From the IMG/VR virus record IMGVR_UViG_3300033498_000048, positions 224,001-288,000 of that record: a stretch of 64,000 nucleotides of DNA, one strand, 5' to 3'. Below the pieces are notes generated by a model that ran no database searches, was not told where the DNA came from, and worked only from the letters and a program-made list of their open reading frames with translations. Positions within the stretch are counted from its first letter, which is position 1. Each line of letters opens with the position of its first letter. A program made the translations under genes and the position numbers. Shown piece after piece: positions 20,477 through 29,966 of this stretch. This stretch comes from a virus. Lineage: Duplodnaviria; Caudoviricetes.

Positions 20477-20665
20477 CTACTCCTCGAAATATTCGTTTTT
20501 AACCACATTGTGGACCAATTGTCTGTTGATTGCACGTTCACGCTGCCTTGATAATAACTTATTAATGGAGCAATAGGCTTGCTGTGATAACGGTCTACGA
20601 GACCATAAATCACGCCCTTGATGTTGCGTTTTTTGATTTCTATGGTGTAATGTCCTAGCCATCAA
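20477..20665 (-). CDS. hypothetical basic protein
   Basis: 62 aa, DLWSRRP motif, AGGAG RBS. Confidence 0.6.
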   Translation of the reverse strand: MMARTLHHRNQKTQHQGRDLWSRRPLSQQAYCSINKLLSRQRERAINRQLVHNVVKNEYFEE

Positions 20666-20728
20666 GTTTTCTCCTAAATTATTCGTTTTTTGTCAATTAT
20701 AATTTGGTATAATGAAGCGTGGTTTCCA

Positions 20729-22279
20729 TCATTTGATTCTTTCTATCAAATTGATATATTCGGTTGTTTTGTTACCAACTACTAATCCCTTTGTTCTATT
20801 GTATAACAACGGCATTACTGGTTCTAAACATTCAATAAGGAATAAAAATAATCTAAAACAATCCGAACATACTTCATGGCTATTATCACTCAAATTCCAA
20901 GGTTTGTTGTTATCTATGTAACAATTGATAATGGTAGCATTACCTAATATTATTTTTATTGCCTCAGAGTATTTTAATTCTGTGTATTTATCGAATATGA
21001 TTTGTCTATCATTAATTATATGTTCATAAAACACAGTATCAGATATTTCTGATAATTGACTACCGAACTTATTATTTAATAACGCAATTGTTCGACTACC
21101 AATATTAATTAACTTTCCAATTAATTCATTGTTTATTTTAACAACAAAATCATCATAAGTAAAGTCTATATCATTAATAGTATCATCCAATTTATAAGCA
21201 AAATAAAAACGTAATAATTCTGGGTCATACTTATCACCGAATTTCTTCCCTGTAATAAAAGAGCCTTTTGATTTACTCATTTTATTTTTATTAACGGTTA
21301 AAAATCCATGCGTTGCTAATTTTGTTGGTAATCTATAATTATTACCTTTTAGTATAGCTACCCAAAATAATGCGTGAAAGTAAATAATATCTTTACCTAT
21401 AAATTGGATCAACTCAGTCGACTCTTCTCTCCAATCATTTTTATAATCCAGTCCGATGCCATCAAGATATTCCTTATGGCTTGAAATATATGCTATAGGA
21501 GCGTCAAACCACACATAAAAACATTTATCCAAATCTGGAATATCAAATCCAAAATATGGTTTATCCCTAGTCAAGTCCCAATCAAGTAATGGCTCATCAA
21601 ACCATTCTAATAATTTATCTTTTAATTGATTACTAATCGCTTTACTATCAATAAACTCCAATAAGGTATCTCTGAACGATTCAATGTTTAAGAAACAATG
21701 ACTACTTGATTTGTTGATAATACTATGAGTGCTTTCTTTGACTACAATCGGATTAATCAAATCAATAGCAGAATAAACACTTTGGCAGTTGTCGCAACCA
21801 TCACCCCATTGTGAATGACTCCCACATTTTGGGCATATCCCCTTGACTTCTCTATCAGATAAAAACTTCTTATCATACTCATCAAATAATTGTTTTACTT
21901 CTTTTTCTATGATATATCCGTTTGCTTTTAACGTATTGAAAAAGTCAATAGTTAATTTTTCATTTTCTTTAGAATTTGTACTAGAGAAAATATCAAAATT
22001 TACACCAAATTTTTCTAAATCAAATAAATGTTCATTTCTAATCTTATCAATATAATCAACTTCTGATAAGTTTTCGTTTTGAGAGCTGATAGTAATTGCT
22101 GTTCCATGTGAATCGGACGCACATATAAAATCAACTTCATATCCATCTAATCGTTTAGCTCTAACAAAAATATCCGATTGGATATATTCCAGTAAATGAC
22201 CCAAATGAATATCACCATTTGCATAAGGCAATGCGCTGGTTACAACTATTTTATTTTTCATATCTCTTTGTCCAAACAT
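20729..22279 (-). CDS. metG: methionyl-tRNA synthetase (short monomeric form)
   Basis: ALPYANGDIHLGH (HIGH), DSHGT, CPKC...CDNC zinc knuckles, YVWFDAPIAY, FIGKDIIYFH, KMSKS, N.KPW anticodon Trp; start may be 22261. Confidence 0.97.
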   Translation of the reverse strand: MFGQRDMKNKIVVTSALPYANGDIHLGHLLEYIQSDIFVRAKRLDGYEVDFICASDSHGTAITISSQNENLSEVDYIDKIRNEHLFDLEKFGVNFDIFSSTNSKENEKLTIDFFNTLKANGYIIEKEVKQLFDEYDKKFLSDREVKGICPKCGSHSQWGDGCDNCQSVYSAIDLINPIVVKESTHSIINKSSSHCFLNIESFRDTLLEFIDSKAISNQLKDKLLEWFDEPLLDWDLTRDKPYFGFDIPDLDKCFYVWFDAPIAYISSHKEYLDGIGLDYKNDWREESTELIQFIGKDIIYFHALFWVAILKGNNYRLPTKLATHGFLTVNKNKMSKSKGSFITGKKFGDKYDPELLRFYFAYKLDDTINDIDFTYDDFVVKINNELIGKLINIGSRTIALLNNKFGSQLSEISDTVFYEHIINDRQIIFDKYTELKYSEAIKIILGNATIINCYIDNNKPWNLSDNSHEVCSDCFRLFLFLIECLEPVMPLLYNRTKGLVVGNKTTEYINLIERIK

Positions 22280-22329
22280 TAACTCGTTATTTATTGTTAA
22301 TAATAGCTTTAAAAATTTGCATTATTAAG

Positions 22330-22758
22330 CTAAGACTTAATTAATTTATCAATTATATTGGTAAATTCTGATATTTTATTGTCACAGTCAGTTACCACAG
22401 CTTTTTTATAATCTTCCAATCTAGCCATTACTCCATTCAATAATTCAACATACTTTAACACACATTCTTCACGATTATCAAACACATAAACTGGATTACC
22501 AGTACGACTCTTATATCCAGTGTTATCGAATGGAGCGTGTATGGTTTTTGTCAGTTTGTCATTTTTTAATACAACAAAGTGACAAGAAGAATAATAAATA
22601 GTTTTTTTAGATAACGAATTATCTTGTATCAAAACTTGAACTGGTAAAACATTTCTTGCTGCATTTATGATACTTAAATCGGTTTTTCTATAATCACATA
22701 TCCAAACCTTTTCACCAGTCATTTTTCCACTGGTAATGTCTTCAATTTTAATTTGCAT
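22330..22758 (-). CDS. hypothetical protein
   Basis: 142 aa, VWICDYR...ARNVLP; in the minus-strand early gene run. Confidence 0.65.
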   Translation of the reverse strand: MQIKIEDITSGKMTGEKVWICDYRKTDLSIINAARNVLPVQVLIQDNSLSKKTIYYSSCHFVVLKNDKLTKTIHAPFDNTGYKSRTGNPVYVFDNREECVLKYVELLNGVMARLEDYKKAVVTDCDNKISEFTNIIDKLIKS

Positions 22759-22899
22759 TATTTACCACCAACTTTGGAGTTTGGTTAGTTAGAGACTTAG
22801 CACATTTTGATATTAAATCAACAGGTGTATTTCCAACTAGCGAAATGTAATCACAAATCCAAATATATTTACCCTGCTTATGTGTTGTGGTATCGCACA

Positions 22900-23259
22900 T
22901 TATTTAGTCCTATTACGAAGTTGCTTTAACCTAATTACTTCTAATTCAGCTTGTTTGATTTTACTATCAAGATTTTTTACTTGTTTCCTTGCAAGTTTAT
23001 AATCGCGCATAATGTCAATATATTCACTATACAATTTTGACATAGTATCACTCATATTACTGTGGAACGGGTCGATAACCAATCTATGTTCAAGATGTAG
23101 GTCAATATCTTTGTTGGTGTTTTGGATGAGTTTTGATGCAACAGACCCATCTTTAATGGCAGCTTCATACAACCTATATGCAAATCTCAACAACATTGCT
23201 AGCTTTTTATCAACCGTTTCTACGGATGTAACTCCTCTAATGGTTTGGGCTTTACTCAT
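22900..23259 (-). CDS. hypothetical coiled-coil protein
   Basis: 119-aa ORF with RBS. Confidence 0.6.
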   Translation of the reverse strand: MSKAQTIRGVTSVETVDKKLAMLLRFAYRLYEAAIKDGSVASKLIQNTNKDIDLHLEHRLVIDPFHSNMSDTMSKLYSEYIDIMRDYKLARKQVKNLDSKIKQAELEVIRLKQLRNRTK

Positions 23260-23277
23260 ATCATTATCCTTTTTGTG

Positions 23278-23619
23278 TTAGTCTTCAATGTTCCAATTAT
23301 CAATAAAGTTTAATATTACCTTAACGAAGTCTTTAGTTTCATTGTATCTAAAACTCCGTGCTTTAATAGCGTACTTAATATCCCGTACTAAATTGCTTGC
23401 ATTGTGTTGGACTTCTTCAAGTAATTCAATTCGCTTTTCAAGTTTAGTAACCTCAGTTTGCACTTGCTCGAAATCTTCTAATTTACCCTCTAATTCTTCA
23501 ATCAAAGTACATTTCAATTGGTCTGGCAAATCTGCGTATTTGATGATTTCATCTATAGTGAAATTTACTGGCACATAAGTTGTCATGTCTATCCTAATTT
23601 TAAATATTGCACATTGCAC
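23278..23619 (-). CDS. hypothetical coiled-coil protein
   Basis: 113-aa ORF; likely start MTTYVP at 23586. Confidence 0.6.
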   Translation of the reverse strand: MQCAIFKIRIDMTTYVPVNFTIDEIIKYADLPDQLKCTLIEELEGKLEDFEQVQTEVTKLEKRIELLEEVQHNASNLVRDIKYAIKARSFRYNETKDFVKVILNFIDNWNIED

Positions 23620-23816
23620 AATAACAGTTTTCCAATAGCAGTCAGTTCAATACTTCCGAATGGACCCCTAATAATATAACCTTCTAATTCAAGTTGTTTT
23701 GCTTGTTTTATTGGCATTGTATAGCACGGAATATTACCTCTTTCCATCCCAGCTATTTGTTTTTTAAGATTTTTTATTGCTGATTCAGTTGCCATGTGAT
23801 TGACACTCGACTTCAC
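23589..23816 (-). CDS. hypothetical protein
   Basis: 75-aa ORF in a packed run. Confidence 0.5.
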   Translation of the reverse strand: MKSSVNHMATESAIKNLKKQIAGMERGNIPCYTMPIKQAKQLELEGYIIRGPFGSIELTAIGKLLLCNVQYLKLG

Positions 23817-24012
23817 ATTGTTGTGCTAAAAAATATCTCAATTCTGCTGCAATTTTATCAGCAGGATAACCAAGATTCCTTAGCCTGTTAAATTCGGTCA
23901 TTGCTGCGTGTGAGTCTATTGCTTCATCTAGCATTGTTTCAATTAAAATTTCTTTATTCGACATTACTATAACTCCATTTAAAAATATACTTGGATTAAA
24001 CCGTAGTACCAC
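23785..24012 (-). CDS. hypothetical protein
   Basis: 75-aa ORF; likely start MSNKEIL after a GGAG RBS. Confidence 0.5.
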   Translation of the reverse strand: MVLRFNPSIFLNGVIVMSNKEILIETMLDEAIDSHAAMTEFNRLRNLGYPADKIAAELRYFLAQQCEVECQSHGN

Positions 24013-24094
24013 CCACTTTCATCTTGACTTGCCACCTTAAACCCAGTTTAACAAGCTCTTTTTTAATTCTTCTAGTTCATATTTTGACATTATA

Positions 24095-24313
24095 TTATCC
24101 AGTAACTAACCTTGACATATCAGAAACTATTGCGTTATTGCGAATAAAATCAATAACATTGAATCTTTCGTTTGTGTCGTTAAATTCCAATGCGTCTTTA
24201 CGATTAAAAGTCCAGTAAACCTTTAAACATACAATACTTTTGACATATTTATAAACAGCACCACCAATTCCATGCTCGTCTTTCTCCAACACAGCATAAC
24301 CTATAATTGCCAT
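24095..24313 (-). CDS. hypothetical protein
   Basis: 72-aa ORF with AAAGGTG RBS. Confidence 0.55.
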   Translation of the reverse strand: MAIIGYAVLEKDEHGIGGAVYKYVKSIVCLKVYWTFNRKDALEFNDTNERFNVIDFIRNNAIVSDMSRLVTG

Positions 24314-24402
24314 CTTATCACCTTTATTATTGTTAGCGTTTCAATATTTGTGTACTATAACATGATATACAGTCTTAACGCAAGCTTTTATTTTCAAGTT
24401 AA

Positions 24403-24410
24403 TATAAATA
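24403..24410 (+). promoter_or_regulatory. T4-type late promoter
   Basis: TATAAATA ahead of the + strand cluster 24447-26247. Confidence 0.7.
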
Positions 24411-24446
24411 AATGTATCAATATGATTATTTTAAGGGGAACTACAA

Positions 24447-24620
24447 ATGGAAGGACAATGGCTTGGAGGTAAGGGTTCAACAACTAGACCTATGCAAGTA
24501 AACCGACAACAGTTTGAAGATAACTGGAACAAGATTTTCAACAAGAAACTGGATAATGCGAATAAATTAATTCCAGTAAATGAAACCATAGTGGAGATTG
24601 TAACAAATGACACAGTATAA
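24447..24620 (+). CDS. small conserved phage protein (W.GGKGS..RP...F..NW.KIF type), not in the ORF track
   Basis: 57 aa MEGQWLGGKGSTTRPMQVNRQQFEDNWNKIFNKK...; AAGGGG RBS; follows the late promoter. Confidence 0.7.
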   Translation: MEGQWLGGKGSTTRPMQVNRQQFEDNWNKIFNKKLDNANKLIPVNETIVEIVTNDTV

Positions 24621-24858
24621 AACATTTAAATCCTTTTGTGAGTCTGTAACAGCGTTGCCTATCTATTTTCTATGTGAAAAGTGTAAAGAATCAGGTATTC
24701 AGGAGTCTGATGAATTTGATATGGAGACTAAAACCTCTAGGCAAGAATATATTACAAAGGGACAAGATAAAATATTTTTAAAGAAAGTTTGTTATGAATG
24801 CAAATCTGAAAGTGGTGTAGACGAGAATTATTTAAAAGGGATACAATATAGTGGTTAA
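24607..24858 (+). CDS. zinc-ribbon protein with capsid-targeting-like N-terminus
   Basis: MTQYKTFKSFCES; CEKC...CYEC. Confidence 0.6.
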   Translation: MTQYKTFKSFCESVTALPIYFLCEKCKESGIQESDEFDMETKTSRQEYITKGQDKIFLKKVCYECKSESGVDENYLKGIQYSG

Positions 24859-25453
24859 TGTTAAAAACATTAGGGTAAAATCATTTAATGAATATTTAAT
24901 GGAAAACAGTCCAATAATTAGAACTGAGTTAGACAAAGAAATACATTCTAACACAGCAACAAGCCAATTAAATGATATTCCAATTCCATCAATGAAAGAT
25001 GCAAAAAGTGGAGATTATAAAAAAAGCAGAATTAAAATAAATGGACTAATCATTGATATTGAAAATCCGTATGGTTCAGTTAGAAAAGGCATTAGCTCAA
25101 ATGGCGAATCGTGGGAAATTACGTTATCAGATAATTATGGTGAAATTAAGGGGTATGATGCTGCTGATGGAGATTATTTAGATATTTTCATTCGTCCACA
25201 TATGACACAAAAACAAGCAGATAATTTAAATGTCATTTATGTGATAGACCAATTGGATCCAACTACACATGGATTTGATGAACATAAAGTCGTATTTGGG
25301 TATGAAACAATCGAGGAATCTAAACGTGCATATCTAGCCAATTATAAATCAAATTGGACTGGATTAGGATATATCACTCCATTAACTATGACGATGTTTA
25401 AATATTGGATTAAAAATGAAGACTTAACACAACCATTAGTTTGGGGTAAATAA
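24851..25453 (+). CDS. inorganic pyrophosphatase-like (polyvalent-protein InPase family) with capsid-targeting-like N-terminus
   Basis: KSFNEYLME; IDIENPYGSVRKG, YGEIKG..AADGDYLDIFI, VIDQ, FDEHKVVFGY, AYLANY, W.GLG.IT. Confidence 0.8.
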   Translation: MVNVKNIRVKSFNEYLMENSPIIRTELDKEIHSNTATSQLNDIPIPSMKDAKSGDYKKSRIKINGLIIDIENPYGSVRKGISSNGESWEITLSDNYGEIKGYDAADGDYLDIFIRPHMTQKQADNLNVIYVIDQLDPTTHGFDEHKVVFGYETIEESKRAYLANYKSNWTGLGYITPLTMTMFKYWIKNEDLTQPLVWGK

Positions 25454-25834
25454 ATGTTTAAATCATTCAATGACTTCATACGATTAGAAGATACGAGCTT
25501 TCATTCAATAATGGCAAGGAACATAAAACCCACCAAACAAAAAACAGTTGATTTTGATGATATTAGCACTGGTTCAACCGTTAGATTAGTTGATATTGGA
25601 AATTACTTTTTATTAACTGGATTAGAAACACCTCCAGAAAATAGGGGTAAAGGTGGTGCTAAAAAAGTTATGCAACAGGCAATTCAATATGCGATTGATA
25701 ACGAAAAGAACATAGAATTATCGGTTATTCCTGACGATGATACAGACACTGAAACCTTAATAAAATTGTATTCTAGTTTTGGATTTAGAAAAACAGGACA
25801 ACCACATAACCATATGCGTTATATTACAATATGA
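25454..25834 (+). CDS. GNAT acetyltransferase with capsid-targeting-like N-terminus
   Basis: MFKSFNDFIRLE; LETPPENRGKGGAKKVM (acetyl-CoA motif A), LIKLYSSFGF. Confidence 0.85.
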   Translation: MFKSFNDFIRLEDTSFHSIMARNIKPTKQKTVDFDDISTGSTVRLVDIGNYFLLTGLETPPENRGKGGAKKVMQQAIQYAIDNEKNIELSVIPDDDTDTETLIKLYSSFGFRKTGQPHNHMRYITI

Positions 25835-26247
25835 AATCATTTAAAGAATATACAAACAATCCGATATTATATCACGGAACAACATCAAACTTCGATTTTG
25901 ATAAAGGTTTAATGGCAGGTGGAAATAAACAAACAACGTCCAACTTTAATGCCAGTAATGGTGAAATTTGGCTAACTTCAAATAGGGAAGTTGCGTTTGA
26001 GTATGCTATGATTGCATGGAAAACACTACAAAACTTTTCATTAACGCCGATTTTGATACAAGTTGATATTGATGTTAGCTTATCAGCAGACCAACCTATA
26101 GAACATGACCAAGTAGCGTTTTGTTTTGAATTAGATGTTATTCCAAAAAGTAAACTAAAGATGGTAAAGTTGACTCAAGCAGAATTAGCTAATTTCAAAA
26201 AACGATATGACCGAGAACTTAAAAATGGAAAATCAAAATTCAATTGA
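25831..26247 (+). CDS. ADP-ribosyltransferase-like protein (ART-PolyVal type) with capsid-targeting-like N-terminus
   Basis: MKSFKEY; LYHGT...IWLTSNREVAFEYA. Confidence 0.7.
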   Translation: MKSFKEYTNNPILYHGTTSNFDFDKGLMAGGNKQTTSNFNASNGEIWLTSNREVAFEYAMIAWKTLQNFSLTPILIQVDIDVSLSADQPIEHDQVAFCFELDVIPKSKLKMVKLTQAELANFKKRYDRELKNGKSKFN

Positions 26248-26302
26248 TTTTCGTATGGTGTTTGTGTTATAGTACATAAAACATCATACTAATCACAACA
26301 TT

Positions 26303-26536
26303 ATGAAATCAAAACTAACCCAAGCTAAAGAATTATTTGACACAGGAAATTTGAATGGATGTTTAAAGATAGTTAAGACTTTTAGGTTAAGTTTAACTAA
26401 AGATGATTTGAAGGTGGTTTCCAGAACATATGAAATGCTGACAGGAAACCACAATTTTTACAATTCATTGGGCTTTGATGTGGACACTGAATTAGCTAAA
26501 GCTAACCAAATTTTGACCACAGTATTTAAATTGTGA
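26303..26536 (+). CDS. hypothetical protein
   Basis: 77 aa; TTGATT-N18-TATAGT promoter upstream at 26244-26273. Confidence 0.6.
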   Translation: MKSKLTQAKELFDTGNLNGCLKIVKTFRLSLTKDDLKVVSRTYEMLTGNHNFYNSLGFDVDTELAKANQILTTVFKL

Positions 26537-26773
26537 TTATTTGTCAACTTTATTTTCAATGAACTTTTGTACAGCTTTAGGTGCGAATGCTGCTAATAAG
26601 AACCCAAATGTCAAATATAATCCAACATCTGAATTGCTAGTGATGTGAACAATCGACATTTTCAAGGTTAAATATCCGAAAACGATTGATGCGATTAATG
26701 AAATAAACGACATCAGCCTCATTGAACTGTGGTTTCCGTTATCTTCTTGGAAGAATCCAATCTTTCTATACAT
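26537..26773 (-). CDS. small two-TM membrane protein (holin-like)
   Basis: FFQEDNG..SSMRL, two hydrophobic helices, KAVQKF. Confidence 0.55.
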   Translation of the reverse strand: MYRKIGFFQEDNGNHSSMRLMSFISLIASIVFGYLTLKMSIVHITSNSDVGLYLTFGFLLAAFAPKAVQKFIENKVDK

Positions 26774-26819
26774 AAATAGAGTTCCGTTAATATATTATAT
26801 AATTTTATTATTTATTATA

Positions 26820-28019
26820 TTAACTATTTAACTTTTGAAAAAATTGCAACAAATCTTCTTGTAATACTGAACATGGAATAGGATATTCAATATTATCAAG
26901 AAAATTGAGTTTAATATCTTGATTACAATCTGGTATAACTAAATCGAATAGTTTTCCAGCCAATACATAATCGAAATATTTAAATTCCAATGTATAATCA
27001 ATCCTACCTTTACGCAATAGGGCATCATCTAACTTAGTGTGGAAGTTGCTAGTCATTATAACTATAACATCTTCTTTACTATACAATCCGTCCAACACAT
27101 TCAATAGTGTAGATAAACTAACTGAATTGGTTAGACCAGCATTAGTTGAATTAATGTCCCGTTTTAATACACTATCACACACGGCATCAATGTCTTCTAA
27201 CAAAACAATTGAATCAGATGGAATATCAATAAACGCTGTAATAATTGACGAGTCAGTTAATGTTTTCAAATTGATTGAATAAATTGATTTTTTATATAAT
27301 GATGCTAATGCTAACACTAAACTCGTTTTACCAGTTCCAGGTGGACCAGTAAACAAATATCCCCTTTTATATAAAATTCCTCTATCTAAGTACCATTGTT
27401 TATTAATGTAGAAGTGTTCTATATCATCAAGCAACGATTGCTTATCATTATCTGGTAATACAATTGATTTAATATTGCGATAGTTCCTAGATGCAATTAT
27501 TCGCCATTCAGTAACATATGTGTGTATTGAAACTTGATTTCGACTTTTAGTTAAAACAGCAGCAACGAAATCATCAACTATATTTGGATCCCTACGAAAT
27601 AGAAAATACATTGTTATATCTTCAGGAGCTTTAAACATTCCAGTAGTTCGATTCGCCAATACTTTATAAAACAAAACTGGACGGTGTTTATACCAAAACC
27701 AATGTAACCCAGTTGAAAATGTAATATTACCAACATTTCCATGATAACCTGAAACATAATAATCATACAATTGAAGCCTTCTTGTATTAGATAGTAATCT
27801 ATTTTTTTCAATCCACAAACAAATATCATCAAACATATCGGTATTATTCCTAACCAACACTTCAACAGATAAAAAGTAAATTACCATTCGTTTTATTTGT
27901 GTTGGAATACCTTTTAACACATAAATCGCATATCCACATAGTGTAGCAACAACAGCACCAGAACTAAACATATTTGTTTGTACTTGATAGACTATCCATT
28001 CATAAACTTGTATCACCAT
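26820..28019 (-). CDS. BCS1-type AAA+ ATPase with N-terminal membrane anchor
   Basis: WY..RGI.YKRGYLF.GPPGTGKT (Walker A), LLEDID (Walker B), LSTLLNVLDG, MTSN, LLRKGRID. Confidence 0.9.
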   Translation of the reverse strand: MVIQVYEWIVYQVQTNMFSSGAVVATLCGYAIYVLKGIPTQIKRMVIYFLSVEVLVRNNTDMFDDICLWIEKNRLLSNTRRLQLYDYYVSGYHGNVGNITFSTGLHWFWYKHRPVLFYKVLANRTTGMFKAPEDITMYFLFRRDPNIVDDFVAAVLTKSRNQVSIHTYVTEWRIIASRNYRNIKSIVLPDNDKQSLLDDIEHFYINKQWYLDRGILYKRGYLFTGPPGTGKTSLVLALASLYKKSIYSINLKTLTDSSIITAFIDIPSDSIVLLEDIDAVCDSVLKRDINSTNAGLTNSVSLSTLLNVLDGLYSKEDVIVIMTSNFHTKLDDALLRKGRIDYTLEFKYFDYVLAGKLFDLVIPDCNQDIKLNFLDNIEYPIPCSVLQEDLLQFFQKLNS

Positions 28020-28573
28020 TAGTAATTCCGTTTCTTTATTTTAATAATATCAATATCATTACCACACGATACGATGTGATTTCCAGCTGCTAATATTGCC
28101 ATTTTTAATTTATCATTTGTATTCAATTGTGTTTCAATATTTGTTAATACAAATAAAGCTCCTTCGGCAGTGATACCTCCACTACCAATTGCAGTGTAGG
28201 GTGAATTTAGTTCACATACTGACCAATCATCTTGGATTTCAAATATCTTTGACCGATAACAAATTATATAGTTACCACAACGCCCTTTACTATCGTTTTC
28301 AGTATATTTGTGTAATTCCAAACACCTGCGAATTTCTGGAATTAAATCTTGTATCATATAATCAATTGGGTTGCCTCTTGTGTCTTTTGGTAGTTCTAAA
28401 TGGTGGCTAATAATTTGTGTTGCTCTTAATGAACCCATAGAGCCTATTAACATTTTTCCTATTTTAAATACCTTTGAATGAACTAAAGTTGACCCAACAT
28501 GACCATTTGATATTAGTCGGTCTCCACCTAAATATAAGTGTGTTTTGTCCATTAATGCTGCTATACACGTCAT
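28019..28573 (-). CDS. HslV/proteasome-beta-like Ntn-hydrolase
   Basis: MTCIAA (N-terminal Thr), GGDR, SKVFK, IGSGG. Confidence 0.8.
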   Translation of the reverse strand: MTCIAALMDKTHLYLGGDRLISNGHVGSTLVHSKVFKIGKMLIGSMGSLRATQIISHHLELPKDTRGNPIDYMIQDLIPEIRRCLELHKYTENDSKGRCGNYIICYRSKIFEIQDDWSVCELNSPYTAIGSGGITAEGALFVLTNIETQLNTNDKLKMAILAAGNHIVSCGNDIDIIKIKKRNY

Positions 28574-28602
28574 ATAATCTCCTTATAATTGTTTTAAAAT
28601 AA

Positions 28603-28660
28603 TAGCACTTGGAACAGTCTTATAATTAACTAACTGTTCCAAGTGCTAACCTGTTGATAT
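28603..28660. repeat. solitary copy of the 68-bp palindromic element
   Basis: TAGCACTT-GGAACAGTCTTATAATTAACTAACTGTTCC-AAGTGCTAACCTGTTGAT; 16-bp perfect stem; abuts the RNA ligase stop codon. Confidence 0.9.
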
Positions 28661-29794
28661 TTACTTAATTAGTCCACGAATTAAAGATTCAAACTTACGA
28701 ATTTCTAGCTTTCTCAAATAAGCTGGAATATCTGTAATAGCACCCTTTTGATATGCAAAAACTATTCCAGATAAGTTTTGATTATCTTTCATTTTTAAGC
28801 CAAGTTCTTTTCCAGTTAATGTTTTAGTGTATTCAATAAGCGTGTCTAGTTTCTGTTGTAATCGCTTGTACGCTGTTTTTATGGTTGAGTGTAGCACTGT
28901 ATGCTCTTTGTACTTATCGAGCGATAGGAACGATTTGTGTGAGTTTGTACGCACTATTTCACACATTCTACGGAAATTGTCTTTATCTATTTGTGATTTT
29001 CGTTTGATGTATTCCTCATTTGATATGAATTTAGAAGTCCGCAACAGATTAATATTGTCGTATTGTGGACTCTTTATTTTCAACCGATTAAAATTAGAAT
29101 CACACGCAACATAACCTTCCATCTTAATTGGGTCAACCTCATTTAATTCCAATAAAATATCATTCAAGGTTGATTTTTTACCAGTTGCACATTCCCATGA
29201 AATACACAATTCACGTTTAGCACGTTCAATTGACACCTCTTTAAAAGTTTTAAGATTGCGAACACCAATAAGGGTAATGTTAGGTTCTGATACTTTAACC
29301 AAAAAGTCTTCTGATGGACGTTCCATTTCAAACATATAACAATGGTCTGTAAACTTTGGTAATTCGTATTTTTTCAACTTCCAAACTTTCCAGAAATAAT
29401 CATTCATTGTAATATCTAAACCCTTAATTTGTCCAGACGCATCAGGCATACCTTTAGATGCTACATTCCATTTTCCATCATACCAATACAATGTCATCAA
29501 TGAACCATCTAACTTTTTCCAATATGTACAATCATCAAAATCGAAAGTTTGTTTTCCCATTGGATTATAATCACTAAACCTAGTAAACGGAAATGATACA
29601 ACCTTCATTGTATTAGTATCAATTATTAATCCCCTACAATTATTAGTTATGTCATTCTTTGGTGTTTCCAATTGGTCATACATCAATTGTACTAAATTTG
29701 GATATAATATATGTCTACGCATTTTTAATGAATATGTAGCAACTAATGTTTCCAATGAATTTTTAATAATGTAATCAATAACGTTTAACATCAT
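28661..29794 (-). CDS. rnlA: RNA ligase 1 (T4 Rnl1-like)
   Basis: CRGLII, FPFTRF, KLDGSL (motif I), YMFEM, EGYV, RLKIKS. Confidence 0.85.
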   Translation of the reverse strand: MMLNVIDYIIKNSLETLVATYSLKMRRHILYPNLVQLMYDQLETPKNDITNNCRGLIIDTNTMKVVSFPFTRFSDYNPMGKQTFDFDDCTYWKKLDGSLMTLYWYDGKWNVASKGMPDASGQIKGLDITMNDYFWKVWKLKKYELPKFTDHCYMFEMERPSEDFLVKVSEPNITLIGVRNLKTFKEVSIERAKRELCISWECATGKKSTLNDILLELNEVDPIKMEGYVACDSNFNRLKIKSPQYDNINLLRTSKFISNEEYIKRKSQIDKDNFRRMCEIVRTNSHKSFLSLDKYKEHTVLHSTIKTAYKRLQQKLDTLIEYTKTLTGKELGLKMKDNQNLSGIVFAYQKGAITDIPAYLRKLEIRKFESLIRGLIK

Positions 29795-29966
29795 AACCTC
29801 GTTTAGTTTGTTTAGGAAGGAACAGCACCTAAGCTATTACAGTCTTTGTAAAATATCTCAATGCGTTTTTTATTTGCATAATCATCTGCAACGTATAATA
29901 ACAATACTACACACAAATTAGTTCTACCAACTCTTGTTTTCTATATACCACATAACACCTCTTTAA

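Noticed and set aside
29815-29955. Possible small minus-strand ORF between RNA ligase and 29967
   Set aside because: No frame has both a start codon and an open reading of useful length; at most a remnant.
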